From IMG/VR virus record IMGVR_UViG_3300021425_000024: 64,000 bases of DNA, one strand, 5' to 3'. This DNA is from an uncultured virus (IMG/VR IMGVR_UViG_3300021425_000024) (Duplodnaviria; Heunggongvirae; Uroviricota; Caudoviricetes). The notes beneath the pieces are model-generated. The model had not been told where the DNA came from, searched no databases, and saw only the letters and a list, made by a program, of their open reading frames with translations. A program made the position numbers and the translations under genes. The stretch's first letter is position 1. Every line of letters begins with the position of its first letter. Positions 53,857 through 64,000 of this stretch are shown one piece after another.

Positions 53857-55356
53857 ATGGCGTATCAAATAGATAGATTTAATAAGAGCCCTTTAACAAC
53901 AGTAGAGGATGGTACTCTTGACGAAACTACAGATATTAAATTTGTAGGAAAAAATTATGCAGGATATGGAGAAATACATAACGAAAACTTCTTATTCTTG
54001 CTAGAAAACTTTGCAGGTGCTAATCAACCACCTAAACCAGTAAGCGGTCAACTTTGGTTTGACAGCGGTTCAGATAGAATGAAGTTTAGAGATGGCAACC
54101 AAAACTGGCGAACAGTAGGTGGTGCAGAAGTTTCCGGAGCTCAACCAGCAGGATTAGCAGAAGGTGATTTTTGGTGGGATAGTGCTAACGAACAACTTTA
54201 CGTTTACAACGGTGCCAATTTTGTCCTAATTGGTCCACAAGACGCAGGTGAAGGCCAAACAGCAATGGTTAGTCGTACTGTACTTGATAATACAAGCCCA
54301 AATGGCGTTTCAAGAAGTATTATTACAGCAACAGTAAATGATTCTGTACAGTTTATTATATCACCAACAGCATTTACATTAGGCTCAGGCGCAGATAATG
54401 AGATAAACGGATTCAGTGATATTCAACAAGGTGTTACACTAAGAGACACGCCAGCTTCAGGTGTAACAAGTACAGCAGTTAGATTCCACGGTACAGCAAC
54501 AAACGCTGAAAAATTAGGAGGGTTAAGTGCTGGAGATTTTGTACAGGGCGGAACACCAAGTTTTTCAACTCAATTAGATCTAACAGCAGGTTTAGTAACT
54601 CATAGTAATTTTTACTTTACAATGCGTCCAGATAACCAAACTGGTTTAATTAAAAACACAAGTGCAAACGCAAACCAAATTGATTTTGAATTAAAAGCAC
54701 CTTCCACAGGTACACTTACACATTCTGTTGCAATTACATCAGAAGGTATTATGCCAGGAGACGCAACTACTGATCTTAAATTAGGTAAAGATGGTAATGC
54801 ATGGGACGAAATACATGCTACAGCATTTAAAGGTACAGCAGATAATGCTAACGAATTAAGAATTGGTACATCAGGTACCTCTTATACATATGCTACTGCA
54901 TCAAATGTAGGCGGAACTATTGCTGTAAGAGAACAAGATGGTGCTAATACAAAACTAGTTGCAGATATTTTCCAAGGTATAGCAACACAAGCACAGTTTG
55001 CTGACTTAGCAGAAAAATATACAGTAGAAAAAGATCATCCTGTAGGTACAGTTATGTATGTAAGTACAGCAGGCGAATATGAAATTGCACCATGTTTATT
55101 AGATAGTTTTCCAGTAGGTGTTATATCTGAAAAACCAGCATACTTAATGAATGCAGAAGCAGATGGACAAGCAATAGCACTTGAAGGTCGTGTTCCAGTA
55201 AGATGCATTGGTGAAGTACGTAAAGGCGATAGAGTTTACGTAGACGCTGAAGGGTGTGCAAGTACAAAATTTGACGGTAATCCTTTAGTTGGCGTAGCAC
55301 TTGAAAGCAATTTAGACGAACAAGAAAAATTAGTAGAGTGTATATTAAAACTTTAG
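53857..55356 (+). CDS. Tail fibre protein with C-terminal intramolecular-chaperone-like domain
   Basis: Same N-terminal module; C-terminal ADLAEKY..VGVIS.KPAYLMN..ALEGRVPV..KGD. Confidence 0.75.
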   Translation: MAYQIDRFNKSPLTTVEDGTLDETTDIKFVGKNYAGYGEIHNENFLFLLENFAGANQPPKPVSGQLWFDSGSDRMKFRDGNQNWRTVGGAEVSGAQPAGLAEGDFWWDSANEQLYVYNGANFVLIGPQDAGEGQTAMVSRTVLDNTSPNGVSRSIITATVNDSVQFIISPTAFTLGSGADNEINGFSDIQQGVTLRDTPASGVTSTAVRFHGTATNAEKLGGLSAGDFVQGGTPSFSTQLDLTAGLVTHSNFYFTMRPDNQTGLIKNTSANANQIDFELKAPSTGTLTHSVAITSEGIMPGDATTDLKLGKDGNAWDEIHATAFKGTADNANELRIGTSGTSYTYATASNVGGTIAVREQDGANTKLVADIFQGIATQAQFADLAEKYTVEKDHPVGTVMYVSTAGEYEIAPCLLDSFPVGVISEKPAYLMNAEADGQAIALEGRVPVRCIGEVRKGDRVYVDAEGCASTKFDGNPLVGVALESNLDEQEKLVECILKL

Positions 55357-55366
55357 GAGATAACTT

Positions 55367-56380
55367 ATGCCGGCTGTTACAGACTTAGTCAACTCATCCG
55401 TATACAATTCGATTAGAAGCACAGTAAACAATGTGTTAGGTGTTGGCGACGGCGCACAAACAGGGTATGGCAGAACATTAGAAAGTGAGTCAAAAGCAGA
55501 TAATGATATTATATATGCTGCTGACATGCAAAAACTTTATAATGATTTAGTTAAAGCAAGAACACACCAAAAAGGTAATCCGCCAACGTGGACAAATCCA
55601 GACGGACTTGCAGCTCCATCAATAGGAGAAATTGTTGGTGTATATGCTGCAGATGTAGGACCAGGCGGAACAAGTGCAGATGCAACAAACGATCAAGCAG
55701 AAGGATTTGCTGACTTTGAAGCAGCCGCACAGGATGTTCTAGATGACAGAGACGTATTTGATATATCACAGTTTTCAACTACGATTGAAGATACAAACAC
55801 AAGACAATCAAGTTGGAATGGCGAGATAGATCATACAGTAACAGTTACTTGGCAAAATGCTGATGAAAGAAGATTCTTTTTTAATACTGGTGGAACAATT
55901 AAATTTAATGCTTCGCTAACAGGTGGTACAAGTGTACCAGGTGATGTAACAACAACACCTCCAGGAACAAAAGACGAAATATGGCAAACAATGTTAAGTA
56001 CAATGGGTACTGTAAGATTTGCAAAAGGTATAACAGCATCAGATGGTACTAATCCTGGCTCAGGTACAGCAATTGGCAATTACCATGATTGGTCAGGATC
56101 AAGTTCCTCAAGTCCAGTAAGAATTTTTACAAAAAGTGGCTCCGGGTTGTATGCAGAAAACGAATACTATATTGACGCTTGGGAAACAGCGTCTAACAGT
56201 TTAAGATTTAAAATTGTATTTGTAGATAATGACATTGGTGACGAAGTTAGTGATCCTGCTTCATCAGGTCCTGAAGACGAGGATGTCACAGGGGTAACTG
56301 AAAGTACAGTTTCTTTTGTATATGCTAGTGGAGCGTTAGCAATTCCTAAACCGTCCTTGACAGTCAATTCAAATCTATAA
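55367..56380 (+). CDS. Virion structural protein
   Basis: 337 aa; paralogous to the N-terminus of 56405..59872. Confidence 0.65.
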   Translation: MPAVTDLVNSSVYNSIRSTVNNVLGVGDGAQTGYGRTLESESKADNDIIYAADMQKLYNDLVKARTHQKGNPPTWTNPDGLAAPSIGEIVGVYAADVGPGGTSADATNDQAEGFADFEAAAQDVLDDRDVFDISQFSTTIEDTNTRQSSWNGEIDHTVTVTWQNADERRFFFNTGGTIKFNASLTGGTSVPGDVTTTPPGTKDEIWQTMLSTMGTVRFAKGITASDGTNPGSGTAIGNYHDWSGSSSSSPVRIFTKSGSGLYAENEYYIDAWETASNSLRFKIVFVDNDIGDEVSDPASSGPEDEDVTGVTESTVSFVYASGALAIPKPSLTVNSNL

Positions 56381-56404
56381 GTACATACATAAAAGGAAAC
56401 AGGA

Positions 56405-59400
56405 ATGGCTGTAGTTGGAACAAATGTTACCGCGGCAAATTATAACACAATCCAAGGTAAGATAGATGACGTTTTAGGTGCTGGAGACGGAGCACAAAAC
56501 GGTTACGGCCAAACTTTACAAAGTTCACAAAAAAGCGCAGGCGATGTAATTGCTGCAACAGATATGCAACAGTTATATAACGACCTTATCAAAGCAAGAT
56601 TACACCAAACAAATCCAGTAACATGGACCAATGCCGATGGCCTTGCTGCACCAAGTGCAGATGAAAATGTTGGTGCAAGTGCTGCAGACGTTGGAGACGA
56701 AACTCCTTTAGCTATTTTCTCACTTGTTGCGTCAACAGAATATATGATTGTTGATACAGGTGATTCTGATTTTACATTAATAGGTGCTTCTGCTAACGAA
56801 GCAGGAATAAAATTTACAGCAACAGGGCCAGGAACTGGTACAGGTATTGCAAAACTTTCACCTACAAGTGCTAACGCAGAAGACGATCAAGCAGAAGGAT
56901 ATTTAGACTTTGAAGCAGCGGCAGATGAAATTGTAGCAGATATAAATCAACATGATGCTGATAACTTTACAATAACAACAGTAACCAGCACACGTACTAA
57001 CCCATGGGGCGGCGGCGACTTTGCTAGTCCTGGTTCTAAAATTACCAACGAAGTAGAAATTACTTGGCTTAATTCTGATCAAAGAAGGTACTTCTTTAAC
57101 ACTGGCGGCGAACTAAGATTTAATGCTGATCTTATAGGTGCTGTAACAGCAAGTTCAAAAGAAGACAGTTGGAACACTGTATTAGCCAACATGGGTACAA
57201 TTACATTTAGTAAAAATGCAACAACAGCAGATGGTTCAAGTCCAGGATCTGGTTCAGCGATTGGTAATTATTATGCAGATTGGAATCTAACAAGTTCAAG
57301 TAATAGAGCGGTAATATATATTAAAAATGGCTCAGGCATATATGCTGACATTCAATATAGGATTGAAGCATGGGAAGTTGCTGCTGGTAATGCAACAACA
57401 CCAAGCACATTAAGATTTAGAATAGAATTTCAAGATAACGATTTTAGTAGTAGTCCTGATGGTATAGATGAAAATGTTGACAATGACATTCAAAGCAATG
57501 TAAAAATTTATCATGATACAGTTTTAGGAATACCAGCACCATCGATTACAACAATTACAGCACTAGATGACGGCATACAAAATAATGCTTCTGCTAACTT
57601 AACAAGAACTCCAGCAACAGGGTCTATCAACGAAGGCGATAATGTAACCTTTACATTAAGTGTAAATCCTGTGGCAAACGGTACTACAATAGATTATACA
57701 TTGAGTGGCGTAGGTATAAGTGTTGGTGATCTTGACAATAGTCAAGGCATGGGCGGTGTATTTACTATGAATAATGGTATAGGAAGTGTAACTATAACTG
57801 CAAAGAATGACGAAACTTCAGAAGGAGCAGAAACGCTTATATGTAGTGTACCATCATTTGGATTGCAACAAAGTATACAAATAAATGATACTAGTACTTC
57901 ACCATCACCACCACCTGTGGCTAACACATACGATATAACAGGACCATCAAGTATTAATGAAGGAAGCACAGGCACCTATAACGTAACAACCAACGACAAT
58001 GATGGCACATATTATTACTCAGTAAGTCCGACAGGTGTAATGACCACAAACAATGGAAGTTTCAGTGTTACAGGCGGCAATGGGTCGTTCCAACTAACAG
58101 GGGCAAATGATGCTGTAGTTGGAGATAACGAAACTATCACAGTATCATTTAGAACAGGTGGAGTAGGTGGAACAATAGTAGATAGTATGACTACATCTAT
58201 TGTAGATACTACTGTGCCTCCAAGAACGGAAAATTTATATGCAATAGAATATTATGCTCTTGCAGACCTTGATCAAGGATCAACCGGTGCTGACTCATTT
58301 CAAACGTACGGAACGACTGAAACCAAAACAAGAATTACATCCTCTAATGCATCTAATCTTCCAACGTTAAACAGTGCTACTGAAACAAGATTTTATGGCG
58401 GTTTTGACACTGGCTATACATGGTCTAAACAGGCTAACGACAATAGAATTGATATTGCTGTAGTTGGTGGTGGCGGTGGCGGAACAGGTATTTCGGTAGA
58501 TAGTAGTAGAGGCGGTCCTGCAGGCGGTGGCGCAGCAGGTGGCGTTGCATTTAAGACATTACTAGACGGAAATATTCCAAATACAGCAAATATAATTGTT
58601 GGTAGAGGCGGAGATGGCTCAAGGCAAGAAAGCGGTGCTAATGATTTTAATCTAGGACGACCCGGCGGCTCAAGCACTTTTTCATATGGCTCTACTATTT
58701 CTAAGTATTCATTTACATTTGGTAAGGAAAGTTTTGTAATGCAAGGCATTAACGTACCGTCTGTGTGGGTCTGGGAAGGCAACGTAATTAGGACGGCAAT
58801 AAATGATTTTAGTTCTTCCTTTGTTTATAACGGGGTTACATATGAACGAGGCCCTCAGCAATCTTTCTTCGATACGAACCCAGGGTCTGCAGAACCAGAA
58901 AATGCTTTTTACTATTCAATAAAAAGAGCTGGGGGAATAATAGATGCCAATGCCGGCCAAAACGGCTTGATTGGACTTGCTTCAGTAGGTGGAGATGCTA
59001 CTGGCGGAGATTCAAACTTTACAGGTGCTGCCAGTCTAGCTACTTCAGGTACTTTTAATATTTTGCAAGCAAGTACTGGTGGAACTATAAGCACAGGAGA
59101 TGGTATTCAAGCAAACTTACCTGATGGTAATACATTTGCTGCTAGTGGTACTTTAGCAACTGAAAACGTAGGTAACAGAGTAGCAGAAGCCGCTAGAACA
59201 AACATCAGCACCAACAAGATACTATTACAATATCTAGAAGTGCAAGGCGGCACTGCGGCTTGTCAAGTACCTAATTACGGAACCTACTGTAACGGTTTAG
59301 GAGTTGGCGCAGGTGGCGGCGGCATGTCTCAGCGTCAACAACTGTCTAGAGGCGGCGCAGGTCATCCTGGAGTAGTTGCTATAGCAAGATATAGTTCTAC

Positions 59401-59872
59401 AGAATCTGAAAAATCAATAAACATTTATACAGCAAACGGTGCTGTAGGTATAATAAATAGTTCTCCAACAGTTTATACGGCAGGATGGCAAGGAACCAGC
59501 GGCACAAATACAAACAATTTTAGTACTACTGCCGGCGGTCATTCATTGATAAGTGCAGTGATAACAAGAATATCCAGTGCTCCTGCTGGTACATCATATA
59601 TGCAGGGTATAACATTTTATGTTTTATTTAAATTAAGTGGCAATGTACCGTTTGAAAGATTACACAGTGTTGATGTTTCACAAGGCAGTAATAGAAATAT
59701 CACTTTCGTAAAAACACAGCGAACAACAAGAAGTTTCGACGGAACAAACACTACGTTTCAACTTAGTACTTTAGACGGGCTACCACCATTAGTGACTTCG
59801 GATGACAGTAATGGATTTATTTGGGTTTTGAATCAGGGCAACTGGAATTTTACACTAAGGACTTTAGAATAA
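56405..59872 (+). CDS. Putative receptor-binding/fibre protein with Ig-like and glycine-rich domains
   Basis: N-terminal paralogue of 55367; SINEG..TF Ig/Calx-like repeats; VVGGGGGG..GGGAAGG glycine-rich domain. Confidence 0.65.
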   Translation: MAVVGTNVTAANYNTIQGKIDDVLGAGDGAQNGYGQTLQSSQKSAGDVIAATDMQQLYNDLIKARLHQTNPVTWTNADGLAAPSADENVGASAADVGDETPLAIFSLVASTEYMIVDTGDSDFTLIGASANEAGIKFTATGPGTGTGIAKLSPTSANAEDDQAEGYLDFEAAADEIVADINQHDADNFTITTVTSTRTNPWGGGDFASPGSKITNEVEITWLNSDQRRYFFNTGGELRFNADLIGAVTASSKEDSWNTVLANMGTITFSKNATTADGSSPGSGSAIGNYYADWNLTSSSNRAVIYIKNGSGIYADIQYRIEAWEVAAGNATTPSTLRFRIEFQDNDFSSSPDGIDENVDNDIQSNVKIYHDTVLGIPAPSITTITALDDGIQNNASANLTRTPATGSINEGDNVTFTLSVNPVANGTTIDYTLSGVGISVGDLDNSQGMGGVFTMNNGIGSVTITAKNDETSEGAETLICSVPSFGLQQSIQINDTSTSPSPPPVANTYDITGPSSINEGSTGTYNVTTNDNDGTYYYSVSPTGVMTTNNGSFSVTGGNGSFQLTGANDAVVGDNETITVSFRTGGVGGTIVDSMTTSIVDTTVPPRTENLYAIEYYALADLDQGSTGADSFQTYGTTETKTRITSSNASNLPTLNSATETRFYGGFDTGYTWSKQANDNRIDIAVVGGGGGGTGISVDSSRGGPAGGGAAGGVAFKTLLDGNIPNTANIIVGRGGDGSRQESGANDFNLGRPGGSSTFSYGSTISKYSFTFGKESFVMQGINVPSVWVWEGNVIRTAINDFSSSFVYNGVTYERGPQQSFFDTNPGSAEPENAFYYSIKRAGGIIDANAGQNGLIGLASVGGDATGGDSNFTGAASLATSGTFNILQASTGGTISTGDGIQANLPDGNTFAASGTLATENVGNRVAEAARTNISTNKILLQYLEVQGGTAACQVPNYGTYCNGLGVGAGGGGMSQRQQLSRGGAGHPGVVAIARYSSTESEKSINIYTANGAVGIINSSPTVYTAGWQGTSGTNTNNFSTTAGGHSLISAVITRISSAPAGTSYMQGITFYVLFKLSGNVPFERLHSVDVSQGSNRNITFVKTQRTTRSFDGTNTTFQLSTLDGLPPLVTSDDSNGFIWVLNQGNWNFTLRTLE

Positions 59873-60342
59873 TGGCTACGTATTTTATAAATGAAGTATA
59901 CGAGTTGTCAGAAGAATTTATTGACGAATTACACAACCAGTTAGCTTTAGAATTTAGTAAACATAATCCACATTGTGATCTAAAAAATGCTTTGAGCACA
60001 TTATACACTGATGTGTTTACATATTTTTTACTTACAATAGATAATAAACCAGTATCACTTGTTATAGGTATAGCAGAAGGTGATCAGTTTACTATAGGTG
60101 AAATACATAGCATTGCTTATAATGGCTCTAGAGATTACTTGTATGAATCTACATATTTTGATACATTAAATAATGCATTAATTGAAAGAGGATTTACTAG
60201 TAAAAAATTTATTACCTCTAAAACAGCTAGAGACGATAATTGGATAAGACGTACTTGTACTGAACATCCACTTGCTGACAGTTATGCTCCAACGTTAGAA
60301 GAAACTGAAACCCATTCAATTTGGACTTGGTCTTTTTCTTGA
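59872..60342 (+). CDS. Hypothetical protein (possibly a fibre accessory)
   Basis: ORF 59821..60342; likely start is ATG at 59872 (MATYFINE), TAATG-coupled to the upstream stop. Confidence 0.55.
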   Translation: MATYFINEVYELSEEFIDELHNQLALEFSKHNPHCDLKNALSTLYTDVFTYFLLTIDNKPVSLVIGIAEGDQFTIGEIHSIAYNGSRDYLYESTYFDTLNNALIERGFTSKKFITSKTARDDNWIRRTCTEHPLADSYAPTLEETETHSIWTWSFS

Positions 60343-60367
60343 CATTTGACTCCTAAGAGTGTATAAT
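60339..60367 (+). promoter_or_regulatory. Perfect sigma70 promoter TTGACA-17-TATAAT
   Basis: ttgaca tttgactcctaagagtg tataat upstream of 60394. Confidence 0.85.
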
Positions 60368-60393
60368 TACTAGTATACCTTTGGAGATGTTGT

Positions 60394-60741
60394 ATGGACA
60401 AAAAACTAGCAAAAGCACTTGAAGCAAGCAATCTGCTTGACACAATAAACCAACAAAAAAAGATACTACAACAGCAATATGATGCTGATCTAATTCATTA
60501 TGAAAATGGATGTCAATTTACATCTAGCAAAGAACTAATTAGTTTTTGTCAAAGTTTAACATATCTCGAACAAGATCAAATTGTCCTTATAGATGATAAC
60601 GGACTTCCGTCTTTAATAGAAGACTTACCGGTGTTTACAAAAAATCTAGTAAACACATATGCAACAGCATCTAACAAATACTTTAATGAATACAATAAAT
60701 TAAAAAAACAACGTTCTGTTGAAGGTATTTTTAATGACTAA
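60394..60741 (+). CDS. Hypothetical protein
   Basis: 115 aa, SD GGAG. Confidence 0.65.
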   Translation: MDKKLAKALEASNLLDTINQQKKILQQQYDADLIHYENGCQFTSSKELISFCQSLTYLEQDQIVLIDDNGLPSLIEDLPVFTKNLVNTYATASNKYFNEYNKLKKQRSVEGIFND

Positions 60742-61564
60742 AGGTATTCTTGTTTTTGCACACAATAATGCTGAAATTGATTATGTAAAACAAGCGGCAT
60801 TTCTTGCCGGCAGAGCAAAAGAATATCTTAACTTACCAGTTAGTATTATAACTGATGAACAAAGCATAGGTGACAGATATAAAGATTGGTTTGATAAAAT
60901 CATTATCAATAATATATCTCAGTCATCAACAAAAAAACAATACTATAATGGTGCAAAAAATCACAGTGTTTTAGAATTTAAAAATGACAATCGTTGCCTA
61001 GCATATGATCTTAGCCCATATGACGAAACACTCATGTTAGATAGTGATTATGTTATAGCAGATGATGTATTTAAAAACTGTTTTGATAGTAAATATGATT
61101 TTTTACTTTACAAAGATGCTATAGATATTTGTAGTCACAGAGAAACAAAAGAGTTTAAACATATTAGCGAAACAAGTGTAGACTTTTATTGGGCAACGTG
61201 TGTATTTTTTAGAAAAACAAAATTAAACAAATGTTTCTTTGAACTAATACAGCATATACAAGAATACTATCAACATTATAGAAGTGTTTACAATATACAG
61301 TCAACAACATATCGTAACGATTTTGCATTCAGTATTGCAATTCATATAATGAATGGATTTAAAAAAGGAGACTTTGCAAAAAGAATGCCCGGCAAGTTAT
61401 TTTATACTGCAGACAGAGATATATTACATTCCATAGACGGAGATAAGTTTATCTTTCTCTTACAATGTACAGGCTTACTAGACAATTTAAGCCCTTGTAA
61501 GTTTCAAGGCAACAGTGTACATGTAATGAACAAGTATACATTGGAGGATAATCTAAGTGCCTAA
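60734..61564 (+). CDS. GT-A fold glycosyltransferase-like protein
   Basis: LSPYDETLMLDSD (DxD); likely start is ATG at 60734. Confidence 0.7.
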   Translation: MTKGILVFAHNNAEIDYVKQAAFLAGRAKEYLNLPVSIITDEQSIGDRYKDWFDKIIINNISQSSTKKQYYNGAKNHSVLEFKNDNRCLAYDLSPYDETLMLDSDYVIADDVFKNCFDSKYDFLLYKDAIDICSHRETKEFKHISETSVDFYWATCVFFRKTKLNKCFFELIQHIQEYYQHYRSVYNIQSTTYRNDFAFSIAIHIMNGFKKGDFAKRMPGKLFYTADRDILHSIDGDKFIFLLQCTGLLDNLSPCKFQGNSVHVMNKYTLEDNLSA

Positions 61565-62393
61565 TTTTATTCTTGTTGCTCAAAACACTTTAGAAGTAGA
61601 TTATGTAAAACAAGCGTGTGCTCTTGCTATGAGCATACATGCAACTACACCACACAGCAAAATTAGTATCCTTACTGATGACGAAGTGCCTGTAAAGTAT
61701 AAAAATTTGTTTGATAACATTATTGAAATACCGTGGGGCGATCTAGCAAACAAATATGATTGGAAAATACACAATAGATGGAAGACATATTTTGTTTCAC
61801 CATACGAAGACGCAATAGTGTTAGACACAGATATGCTTGTACTTGAAGATATTACATCTTGGTATGAATATCTACAACAGCATGATGTGTTTTTAACGTC
61901 TACTGTTTATGATTACAGAGGCGACAAAATTACAGATACCTTCTATAGGAAAAATTTTGTAAAGCATAATTTGCCTAACACATATATGGGACTACATTAC
62001 TTTAAGAAAAGTGATTTTGCACTAAAATTTTATACATGGTTAGATGTTATTACAAACAATTGGAAAGAATTTTATAAACTAGGTGGCGAAAAACCAATAC
62101 AAAACTTTGCAAGCATGGATCTTACAGCGGCAATGACTGTAGATATACTTGAATGCAAATCAAAAGTCACTAACGAAAAGGTAACTGTGCCTAGTTTTAC
62201 TCATATGAAAGCCAACATACAGGGTTGGGAAGAGCTTAGAGAGAGTTGGCAGACTAAAGTTGGTACTTATTTTACTGACGAGGGTGAGTTGTATATTGGA
62301 CAATATAAACAAAGCGGGATATTTCATTACACAGAAGATGATTTTTTAACTAATGATATCATTCAAGTGTTAGAAAAAAGGATAGACTTATGA
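61557..62393 (+). CDS. GT-A fold glycosyltransferase-like protein, paralogue of the preceding gene
   Basis: DYVKQA and SPYEDAIVLDTD motifs shared with the 60734 gene; FTHMK. Confidence 0.7.
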   Translation: MPNFILVAQNTLEVDYVKQACALAMSIHATTPHSKISILTDDEVPVKYKNLFDNIIEIPWGDLANKYDWKIHNRWKTYFVSPYEDAIVLDTDMLVLEDITSWYEYLQQHDVFLTSTVYDYRGDKITDTFYRKNFVKHNLPNTYMGLHYFKKSDFALKFYTWLDVITNNWKEFYKLGGEKPIQNFASMDLTAAMTVDILECKSKVTNEKVTVPSFTHMKANIQGWEELRESWQTKVGTYFTDEGELYIGQYKQSGIFHYTEDDFLTNDIIQVLEKRIDL

Positions 62394-62965
62394 TTGTTTT
62401 AGAAACACCTACATTTGAGATAATATACAAAGTATATTTTGATAAACAAACAGGTAATATTAAGTCTATTTCAAATGTAGAACAAGATATAGAAAACTTT
62501 TTTGTAGTAGATATTGAAGATGTTCGTCCTTTTTTAAAGGGAACTAAAGATATTACAAAACATAAAGTTATATATGATGTAAAAACATCAGCATATGTAA
62601 TAGTTGATAAGTTTAAAAAGATAGAGTCGGATGTAAACGACAACGTATATAAAATCTCACCTCAAGATAATGCACAGGTAATTGTGTCTTACAACAAATC
62701 TAAAAATGTTTGGAATGTGTCTTTATCAGACAAAGCAATTAACGAATTATCCTCTAAAAAAGAGCGTATCGATCAACTGTTAAAGTTTAGCATTACCCAA
62801 AAGAATAACCCCAATATTTTGCATGAGTATTTTACCACAACTGTAGAAAAGTTGTTGGATAATCCCCAGTCATTTGACAGCCAGAGTCAGTATGATTTTG
62901 ACAAATTTAGTGTATATACTAATAGGAAGTTCCAAAAGTATTCGTGCGAGGTAGTTAATGAATAA
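62390..62965 (+). CDS. Hypothetical protein
   Basis: 191 aa, overlapping both neighbours. Confidence 0.6.
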   Translation: MIVLETPTFEIIYKVYFDKQTGNIKSISNVEQDIENFFVVDIEDVRPFLKGTKDITKHKVIYDVKTSAYVIVDKFKKIESDVNDNVYKISPQDNAQVIVSYNKSKNVWNVSLSDKAINELSSKKERIDQLLKFSITQKNNPNILHEYFTTTVEKLLDNPQSFDSQSQYDFDKFSVYTNRKFQKYSCEVVNE

Positions 62966-63848
62966 AATTAAAATCATTGATCAGGACATTATCTTTTTAT
63001 CCTACGATGAACCCAATGCTGAAAAAAACTATGCCGATTTATGTAACAAGTTGCCTTGGGCAAAGCGTGTACACGGTGTAGATGGGTCAGATGCTGCACA
63101 TAAGGCATGTGCAGACCTAAGTGAAACAGAATATTTTGTTACTGTTGACGGCGATAACATAATTGACACTGAATTTCTGCAACAAGAAATTGATATTGAA
63201 AAATTAGGAGTCACTGCCGACCATGTTTTTAGTTGGTGCGGCAATGTTTATGTAAATGGACTAATGTATGGTAATGGTGGACTAAAGTTATGGACACGTA
63301 AGTTTGTTCATAACATGAAAACACATGAAAACAGTGATGCTGATGATACAGCAGGCCTAGTAGAATTCTGTTTTGATGAAAAATATTACCAATTTAATGA
63401 CAACTACAGTACAAGTTACACAAACGCTACTCCGTTTCAAGCATGGAGAGCAGGTTTTCGTGAAGGTGTTAAAATGAGCCTAAATGAAGGTGCAAAACAT
63501 GTTGATGTAAAAAACATTTGGTGGCAAAATTTAGACAGATTGCGTATTTGGTGTAGTATTGGTGCTGATGTAGAAAATGGTAACTGGAGTATGCTTGGTG
63601 CAAGGATGGGTTGCTATATGACTATGTGTACAGATTGGGATTATACAAATGTACGTGATTTTAAATATCTAACTAATTACTGGAAAGAAGAAAAAGTTGC
63701 AAATTTAGATGTTAGCTCTGAGTTATTTAGATACGGTAACCTTATACGATCGGAACTAAAGTTAGAAATTGCTGACATAGACGCACTAGGAAGTAGATTT
63801 TTCAAAAGTGTGTATCATAACACACCAAGAATAATTAAGAAAAGATGA
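62958..63848 (+). CDS. Glycosyltransferase-like protein (GT-A)
   Basis: FLSYDEPNA, AAHKACA, FVTVDGDN (DxD), YGNGGLKLW, AWRAGFREGVK. Confidence 0.65.
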   Translation: MNKIKIIDQDIIFLSYDEPNAEKNYADLCNKLPWAKRVHGVDGSDAAHKACADLSETEYFVTVDGDNIIDTEFLQQEIDIEKLGVTADHVFSWCGNVYVNGLMYGNGGLKLWTRKFVHNMKTHENSDADDTAGLVEFCFDEKYYQFNDNYSTSYTNATPFQAWRAGFREGVKMSLNEGAKHVDVKNIWWQNLDRLRIWCSIGADVENGNWSMLGARMGCYMTMCTDWDYTNVRDFKYLTNYWKEEKVANLDVSSELFRYGNLIRSELKLEIADIDALGSRFFKSVYHNTPRIIKKR

Positions 63849-64000
63849 ATACTGAGCTAATTAGAATCAAAGAAGTCATGCCAAAAGTAGAGCGAGACAT
63901 ATCGCCTACTTTTTGTTTGGCTAAATGGCACCATGTAACAATATATTTGCAAACTGGTGAAACACATAGTTGCTATCATCCTGCTCCCCATAAGATTCCA
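63845..64000 (+). CDS. N-terminus of a probable radical SAM/SPASM(twitch)-domain protein; runs off the right edge
   Basis: Hand translation MNTELIRIKEVMPKVERDISPTFCLAKWHHVTIYLQTGETHSCYHPAPHKIP; C..W..GxxxxC pattern. Confidence 0.55.
   Translation, partial: MNTELIRIKEVMPKVERDISPTFCLAKWHHVTIYLQTGETHSCYHPAPHKIP

Noticed and set aside
51922..59787. Shared 14-mer GACGGGCTACCACC (LDGLPP) near two fibre C-termini, a possible DGR or recombination repeat
   Set aside because: Too short, and flanks do not align. No reverse transcriptase or invertase in the window; a match this long can occur by chance in 64 kb.
1..64000. tRNA genes and alternative genetic code
   Set aside because: No cloverleaf/T-loop pattern was noticed in the few intergenic gaps. 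The core genes translate full length with the standard code.

Overview
This window is part of the genome of a large, AT-rich T4-like (Tevenvirinae/Kyanoviridae-like) myophage and is mostly the virion morphogenesis region. Minus strand 1-14.5 kb: fibre-like structural genes, major capsid (gp23), scaffold (gp22), prohead protease (gp21), an acidic core protein, a sialyltransferase-fold protein, portal (gp20) and a probable tape measure. Next come a gp26-like chaperone with an apparent -1 frameshift into a gp51-like extension and two putative internal/ejection proteins. These are followed by a ~430-nt highly base-paired non-coding region directly downstream of a small GIY-YIG nuclease gene, then gp46/gp47 (Rad50/Mre11) and a gp55-like late sigma factor. 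Plus strand 23-60 kb: a baseplate/tail-fibre operon (gp48/54-, gp53-, gp27-, gp5-, gp25-, gp6-like, a 5008-aa giant protein, paralogous fibres). The window ends with a sigma70-driven glycosyltransferase/radical-SAM cluster. Three consensus-type sigma70 promoters and many TAAATA late-promoter motifs are visible. Best novelty candidates: (1) the GIY-YIG gene with a large pseudoknotted RNA and a GNA-hairpin array at 18.0-19.0 kb; (2) a lambda G/GT-type frameshift at 15445; (3) a structured leader at 4.93-5.02 kb. All family assignments come from motif recognition and synteny by eye; no database searches were run.
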